64,000 nt of DNA, from the NCBI GenBank assembly GCA_964584335.1, contig CAZOZN010000002.1, positions 2,974 through 66,973 on the forward strand, in the 5' to 3' direction. Positions 58,944 through 64,000 of this stretch are shown one piece after another. The notes under the pieces were generated by a model. That model was given only the letters and a program-made list of their open reading frames with translations, did no database searches and was not told the origin of the DNA. This DNA comes from an uncultured archaeon. Lineage in GTDB: Archaea > Aenigmatarchaeota > Aenigmatarchaeia > PWEA01 > JAGHBM01. The position numbers were made by a program, and so were the translations under genes. The first letter of the stretch is position 1; every line of letters begins with the position of its first letter.

Positions 58944-59891
58944 TTAAGGTGATTCTGCTCCTTCTACTGTTACTGTTGTGTGTACGTCTTCAAAGTATCC
59001 GTATCTTAACGTAACTGTTACTGGTATGTCTGTCCTTGTGCTGAAATCTTTAGGATCTAAGTCACAACTGTACGTGAAAGATTGTCCTCTTCTAAGTGTC
59101 TGGTCTGTTGGAGTATCGTATGCATCACAATCTGAACCTGAAGCACCGTCAACTCCATCCGCATTTATTTCCAATTCAATTATATCCATTTCATCAGATG
59201 TTATGTCCAAAGTGCTCATATCATGGTCAGGGTCTATCAGACTTCCTCTCTCAAGCAAATCAACTGTTATCCTAAAATCTATTGTATCGTCTGCTGGATC
59301 GTCCACTACTACTGGTGTTCTTGCAACAATTTCAACAGCAAGAGGACCTTTTGTTACTTCTGTAGTTACTGGTGGTAAATTTAGCATGTTTCTTTCTCTT
59401 AGTCTCTTGTATTCTTCCTTTGTCAAAACTGGTATGGTTGCAGATGCAATCGTTTCATAATTATACATTAATCTTGCTCTGGGGGTGTACTTGAATACAA
59501 CTCCCTCTGGTATTCCCGTTGGAGTCTGTAATTCCCATTCAACATCAGCTATCTCTCCTGGAATGTCTGCAAGTGTATCAGGCTGTTCAAGCTCTGCTGC
59601 AACTTCCTGTGAAAAGTCAGTTGTTCCTGGGTCCCATACGTCCTCATCTATATCATATAAATGAGCCCATACGTCTTCTGCCATAGAACCTCCGACATTT
59701 TCGACTTCCATATACAATTCAACATCTTCATTTTCAGATTCATAGTCAGGGAAGTCAGAGCTGAACTCGTGTATTACAACTCCACCAGCGGTGCTTGTTA
59801 TTTGTTCATTTCCCATTATTCCTTCTAATCCTACACATCCGCTGGAAAATAAAACGGTTGCAACCAAGACCAATATTAAAGCTTTTTTCAT
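58944..59891 (-). CDS. Putative lipoprotein, Ig-like paralog 1 of the pilin-associated family
   Basis: Lipobox-like FSSGC; shares R..Y.Y, EY.RL and GP motifs with neighbours. Confidence 0.75.
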   Translation of the reverse strand: MKKALILVLVATVLFSSGCVGLEGIMGNEQITSTAGGVVIHEFSSDFPDYESENEDVELYMEVENVGGSMAEDVWAHLYDIDEDVWDPGTTDFSQEVAAELEQPDTLADIPGEIADVEWELQTPTGIPEGVVFKYTPRARLMYNYETIASATIPVLTKEEYKRLRERNMLNLPPVTTEVTKGPLAVEIVARTPVVVDDPADDTIDFRITVDLLERGSLIDPDHDMSTLDITSDEMDIIELEINADGVDGASGSDCDAYDTPTDQTLRRGQSFTYSCDLDPKDFSTRTDIPVTVTLRYGYFEDVHTTVTVEGAESP

Positions 59892-59905
59892 TATATTATT
59901 CCTCC

Positions 59906-60790
59906 TTAATTTGGTTTTACTTCGATATTAATAGTTTTGTAGTAGTTATATATATAATTTGCCTCGGCCTTAAATTGTCCTTTTTCCCTTACATCGACCG
60001 AGCCAACCGTAAATTTGCATGTGGCCTTCTTTGTCCTGCCGTTCTTAAACTTGAGTGGCGTGTTTAAAATCATCTGCCCTCCCCCAGCAGTAAAATCGTT
60101 GCACTGAGGGTTTATCAAGAAATCAGGGTATTCGATAACTAAATCAGTTCCTGAAATCTCTTCTTCCGGCATACCGCTTCCCCTGTTTATTAACTGTACG
60201 TAAAAATATAATTCCAAACCCTCGTACAGCGGCTGGGGTTTTGATATAGACAAATCTATTTCAACTGGTGTCTTGGTCTTATAATAGTAAAGATTTATCT
60301 CTCCTGTTCTTCCCTGTCTTTCAAGTCTGCCGTATTCTTCTTCTGTCATTGCTATGACATCGTACATAGAAGAAGCCTTGGATTTGTAATTAACCCTGTA
60401 CCTTAAAGTTTCCCTTTGACTTGAATGTATTTCATCAGAAAGGTCTAGCTTCCACTCCCAATTTTCCATATCGCCCTCTTCCATCTCGATTATATATTCG
60501 CTGGTAGCACCTAAAGAAGTAAAATCAACCAAATCTGTCATCTCGACATTTATATCCTCTAGAGTCGTGTTTCCAGAGTTATACAAGTCAAAATACAATA
60601 TGGTGCTCTTACCTTCATAAACCACATTAGGTATTGCTTCAACATCTACATCTAAATCCTCATATTGATTATATTTTGGCTCATCGGGTCCCATATCAAG
60701 TCCCAATTGAGAAAAAACATCACCGCCTGTTATACAACCAGAAGTAAGTAATACTAAAGATAAAAACAAAATTAGAAAGTAACTCTTCAT
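59906..60790 (-). CDS. Putative lipoprotein, paralog 2
   Basis: LTSGC; RVNY, EEYGRL. Confidence 0.75.
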   Translation of the reverse strand: MKSYFLILFLSLVLLTSGCITGGDVFSQLGLDMGPDEPKYNQYEDLDVDVEAIPNVVYEGKSTILYFDLYNSGNTTLEDINVEMTDLVDFTSLGATSEYIIEMEEGDMENWEWKLDLSDEIHSSQRETLRYRVNYKSKASSMYDVIAMTEEEYGRLERQGRTGEINLYYYKTKTPVEIDLSISKPQPLYEGLELYFYVQLINRGSGMPEEEISGTDLVIEYPDFLINPQCNDFTAGGGQMILNTPLKFKNGRTKKATCKFTVGSVDVREKGQFKAEANYIYNYYKTINIEVKPN

Positions 60791-60829
60791 AACTAAATTA
60801 TAGAAAGTGTTCTTTTTAAATGTTCTGCA

Positions 60830-61147
60830 TTAACCCATCCCGAAAGGTTCTACACAGCCACAAGCTCTCGCGACTTTCCTTATGTTATCTTTATCACTAC
60901 AATCAAATTTTGAAAAATCTTTTTTTTCTATTGAAGAATAAGAACAACAAAGTTCGTAAGGTATCTCGTCTCCCTTGCAATTAGTCCTTGCCCAGGAAAC
61001 ACATAAAGAATTAAAGTCCTGTTTTTGCCTGTATATATCCAAGCCCGGTGAAAAGGTACCCATAAAGAAAATAAAAGTCGCAGCGAGAAAAACACCACCT
61101 GATATAATTATAATTAATTTTTCCGAGGTGATTATAACTCCCTTCAT
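60830..61147 (-). CDS. Pilin-like protein with a class III signal peptide
   Basis: MKG|V followed by a hydrophobic helix; Cys pattern shared with 61195-61563. Confidence 0.65.
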   Translation of the reverse strand: MKGVIITSEKLIIIISGGVFLAATFIFFMGTFSPGLDIYRQKQDFNSLCVSWARTNCKGDEIPYELCCSYSSIEKKDFSKFDCSDKDNIRKVARACGCVEPFGMG

Positions 61148-61194
61148 GTTAACCACTATAACAAAAGAAAAATAAAAGAACAAAATGGGTTATG

Positions 61195-61563
61195 CTAGTA
61201 TGTAAAGTCACGACCAAATGGTTTTAGACAGTTACAGGCTTCAGCGACTACTTCGTACCTAGTATCTATACTAGTATCTGGTACATAACCGACACCAGTC
61301 ATGTTGTGGTAAGCTTTTGCTACATTATCAGGCATTCCTAGACTATCAGTACTTTCCACACATCCAGCTGTACCTATAGTACAATTATCACAATTAGATA
61401 AGGCCCAGCTTTGGCACTTAGAGTTAAAGTTCTGCTGTAATGTCTGCTGTTGTGCTGTGGGTCCGAAAGCACCCATAAACCAAGCAACTGCTGCTAGTAA
61501 CACTATTATTGCCACTGCTAACATAACCAAAGTGTTTATTGGTATTGAAACTCCTTTTTCCAT
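61195..61563 (-). CDS. Pilin-like protein with a class III signal peptide
   Basis: MEKG|VSIPINTLVMLAVAIIVLL; FNS.C.SWA..NC ... AC.C..PFG. Confidence 0.75.
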   Translation of the reverse strand: MEKGVSIPINTLVMLAVAIIVLLAAVAWFMGAFGPTAQQQTLQQNFNSKCQSWALSNCDNCTIGTAGCVESTDSLGMPDNVAKAYHNMTGVGYVPDTSIDTRYEVVAEACNCLKPFGRDFTY

Positions 61564-61617
61564 TTTTATCTCCTTTTTATTAATTTATTTAACTTATTTA
61601 AATACTTTTTTCATTTC

Positions 61618-62598
61618 TTAATCCATAGTATATGTTGGTTTTATTGTAACCATCCTTTCCTCATATAGAGGATAAACATAATCCTCTAATTTTGCGACAG
61701 CCTTGTATGTCTTTATATCACTAATATCAGCAGATTGTAAGTCACATCTTATAGGAGGAGATACTCCTTTTATTAAAGGTATGGGTGCATCGTTAACTAT
61801 TTCTGTGTCACTGACCACGTTTATCCAATTTACAGGATGGCATGAGTTAACAGTAAGACCGTTATCAAATTCAACACTAAACACACCAGAAGGAACTTCT
61901 TCATACATACCACTTCCTTCATCATGAATTCTGATTATTGCTGGTATAACTAAGTTTTCATCCACTGGTTGTTGGGTTTCAAAAAGCATTTCTATTTTTA
62001 ATGGTCCTCTTGACTGTGTCTGAACTGGAGTAATTGATATTTTCTCTCCAGCCCTATTTGCATTTATTAATCTATCATGGTCAATAACGGCTATATCCGA
62101 GGTCGTGTAGGAATCATATTCATATTCAACCTTAAAACGTATTGGACACTTCCCTTCCATTCTCCCCAGGTCTTCGTTAGTAGGTGCCTTGAATTGCCAT
62201 TCAACAAGTTCGGCGCCTCCTCCAGGATAAATTGTAGCACCTCCTATATCATTGCTTATATCCACTTCATCACATCTACCCCAGTCATAAACAGTTGCAT
62301 ATACATCTTCAGCGGCTTTTGCGCCCTCATCTGTGAGTCCTATATTGGTTACTATAAAAGAAATCGTGAAAGTAGAATCTGTAGTTTCAGTAGATGCAGA
62401 AACGGGCGGATTAGGTATTACCTCTATATCTTCTACCACAATAACATCAGTAGGAGCTTTTACTGTTTCAGTCTCAACTATACCAAGAGATTCGAAAACA
62501 GATTGCATACCGCCTCCCTCAACACAACCTGAAACAAAAATAACAGGAGATAAAATAAAAACAATACTCAAAACAGACAAAATTTCCTTTAAACTCAT
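61618..62598 (-). CDS. Putative lipoprotein, paralog 3
   Basis: FVSGC; RFKVEY, QSRGPL. Confidence 0.75.
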   Translation of the reverse strand: MSLKEILSVLSIVFILSPVIFVSGCVEGGGMQSVFESLGIVETETVKAPTDVIVVEDIEVIPNPPVSASTETTDSTFTISFIVTNIGLTDEGAKAAEDVYATVYDWGRCDEVDISNDIGGATIYPGGGAELVEWQFKAPTNEDLGRMEGKCPIRFKVEYEYDSYTTSDIAVIDHDRLINANRAGEKISITPVQTQSRGPLKIEMLFETQQPVDENLVIPAIIRIHDEGSGMYEEVPSGVFSVEFDNGLTVNSCHPVNWINVVSDTEIVNDAPIPLIKGVSPPIRCDLQSADISDIKTYKAVAKLEDYVYPLYEERMVTIKPTYTMD

Positions 62599-62644
62599 TT
62601 CACCACCTTTAATTTTTAATTTTTTGAATATAAAAGTTTCTTAT

Positions 62645-64000
62645 TTATTTTACACATTTTCCGTTGCTACATCCATTTGGACAATTATGTAAGTTTCTTG
62701 TTGCACTGCCACCTTCACAAACAGCTTCAGCAAGATTAGTTGCAGAATCCAAACAATCTCCACCAGAACTTTCCATACAACAATCATTATAAGTCGTATC
62801 TCCCTCAGTAGCTCTGGATTTTCTATAATAGTTATAACCACCATCATAATCCGTACAGTTAACGTCAACATAATTATTACTGTTACACTTTCCATTACTG
62901 CAACCATTCATACAATTGTAATTATGACTTGATACAGAATCTCCATCACAATCCCACTCGGTCAACTGATCACCACTACATGAATCAGTATGTCCTATAC
63001 CATCGGTTCCTGTTGCAGTTCCTTTGTTAAAGTGGTCTGGGCCGTTATCGCTATCCGTGCAAGATGATCCCCCGTCTCCACTATCTCCATCATCACCTTC
63101 AGAGGGTTCCCTACAATCTACCATATTCCAAGAACCACATAAACTTGAACAAGCACTGTTTCCACTACCGCACTCATAAATTCTAAGAGTTTTCATCTGC
63201 CCACTAGTTGGATCTTGACATATACATTCCATATAAGACCCAAAACTAACTTTCATTTTATTTTCAATTTTATCAACATAAGTATAATTAACCAAACCAG
63301 TCAATGCAAAAGTTTTCTGCTCTACGTCTATATTAGGTATCCTTGATATACATATAGCCTTTACAGGTTTTCCTATTGTTTCGTTTCCGTCCATGTACTC
63401 AGCCAAGCCTCTTAACTTCAAATCATTATCATCTCCAAGACTTGGTTCACAATAAGTATCTTCTGTTCCCTCTATATCGCTAACATCAACTCTTGCATAT
63501 TTTATATTATCAACATAACCATTAGCTACATTTTCCAAATAAAGCATAACCGGAACTTCCTCCAAATCATCTCTTACCGGCATGTTGTTTCTCATTAAAG
63601 CAATACCAAGTCTTACAGGACCACCAGTATCTTCTGTAACTTGTTCCTTTACATCCAATTTGCCGTTTCTATCAAGCCTATAATAATAAGATTTATTCAT
63701 TATCATTACATCTACAAGACCTTCAACACTCAAGTCATAACTTATATTTACACCGTAAGAAACATAATTACCACTAACAAGATTATCAATATTATATCTA
63801 AGAACTATTTCACGCATCTCTCCTGGTATTAATTTAGGTAAAGGACAACTTGGATTTGCTGTATTTCCATCTTCACATGTCATACTAACCGTACCAGCAA
63901 GAATCCTTTCCTCTTCCAAAGTACCCTGTGTATAGTATGGTTCTATTGGCGTTATACTTATATCATAAGCACTCCTGTCACCTTTATTTTCTATCCTACC
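62645..64000 (-). CDS. Surface protein, paralog 4, with C-terminal Cys-rich repeats (5' end outside window)
   Basis: Frame open to 64000; YYRL, GGPV motifs; two CTD.D.G...C.NGCSNGKC repeats. Confidence 0.75.
   Translation of the reverse strand, partial: GRIENKGDRSAYDISITPIEPYYTQGTLEEERILAGTVSMTCEDGNTANPSCPLPKLIPGEMREIVLRYNIDNLVSGNYVSYGVNISYDLSVEGLVDVMIMNKSYYYRLDRNGKLDVKEQVTEDTGGPVRLGIALMRNNMPVRDDLEEVPVMLYLENVANGYVDNIKYARVDVSDIEGTEDTYCEPSLGDDNDLKLRGLAEYMDGNETIGKPVKAICISRIPNIDVEQKTFALTGLVNYTYVDKIENKMKVSFGSYMECICQDPTSGQMKTLRIYECGSGNSACSSLCGSWNMVDCREPSEGDDGDSGDGGSSCTDSDNGPDHFNKGTATGTDGIGHTDSCSGDQLTEWDCDGDSVSSHNYNCMNGCSNGKCNSNNYVDVNCTDYDGGYNYYRKSRATEGDTTYNDCCMESSGGDCLDSATNLAEAVCEGGSATRNLHNCPNGCSNGKCVK

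Overview
AT-rich archaeal chromosome segment. Gene content suggests a DPANN archaeon, most resembling Aenigmarchaeota (inference, not a database result). (1) 0-13 kb: a ~4,250-aa surface protein (S8 protease, Cys-rich region, Thr/Ser linker, beta-propeller, beta-helices, LamG, Ig-like repeats, C-terminal TM). It is flanked by two copies of a small winged-helix gene, identical over the 55 bp visible, each preceded by the same 18-bp palindrome. (2) 13-51 kb: core translation and transcription cluster with aEF-1alpha, the S10/spc/alpha ribosomal operons, SecY, Cbf5, RNA polymerase subunits with split B and A, and 5S rRNA. (3) 52-58 kb: tRNA thiolation and housekeeping genes. (4) 59-64 kb: pilin-like and lipoprotein paralog cluster. 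I could reconstruct 10 tRNA genes carrying 15 introns, 9 at non-canonical positions; three tRNAs have three introns each. Other oddities: classical C2H2 zinc fingers fused to uS3 and uL24, three CDSs whose stop codons lie in or overlap tRNA genes, and a cassette-in-loop architecture in the giant protein.
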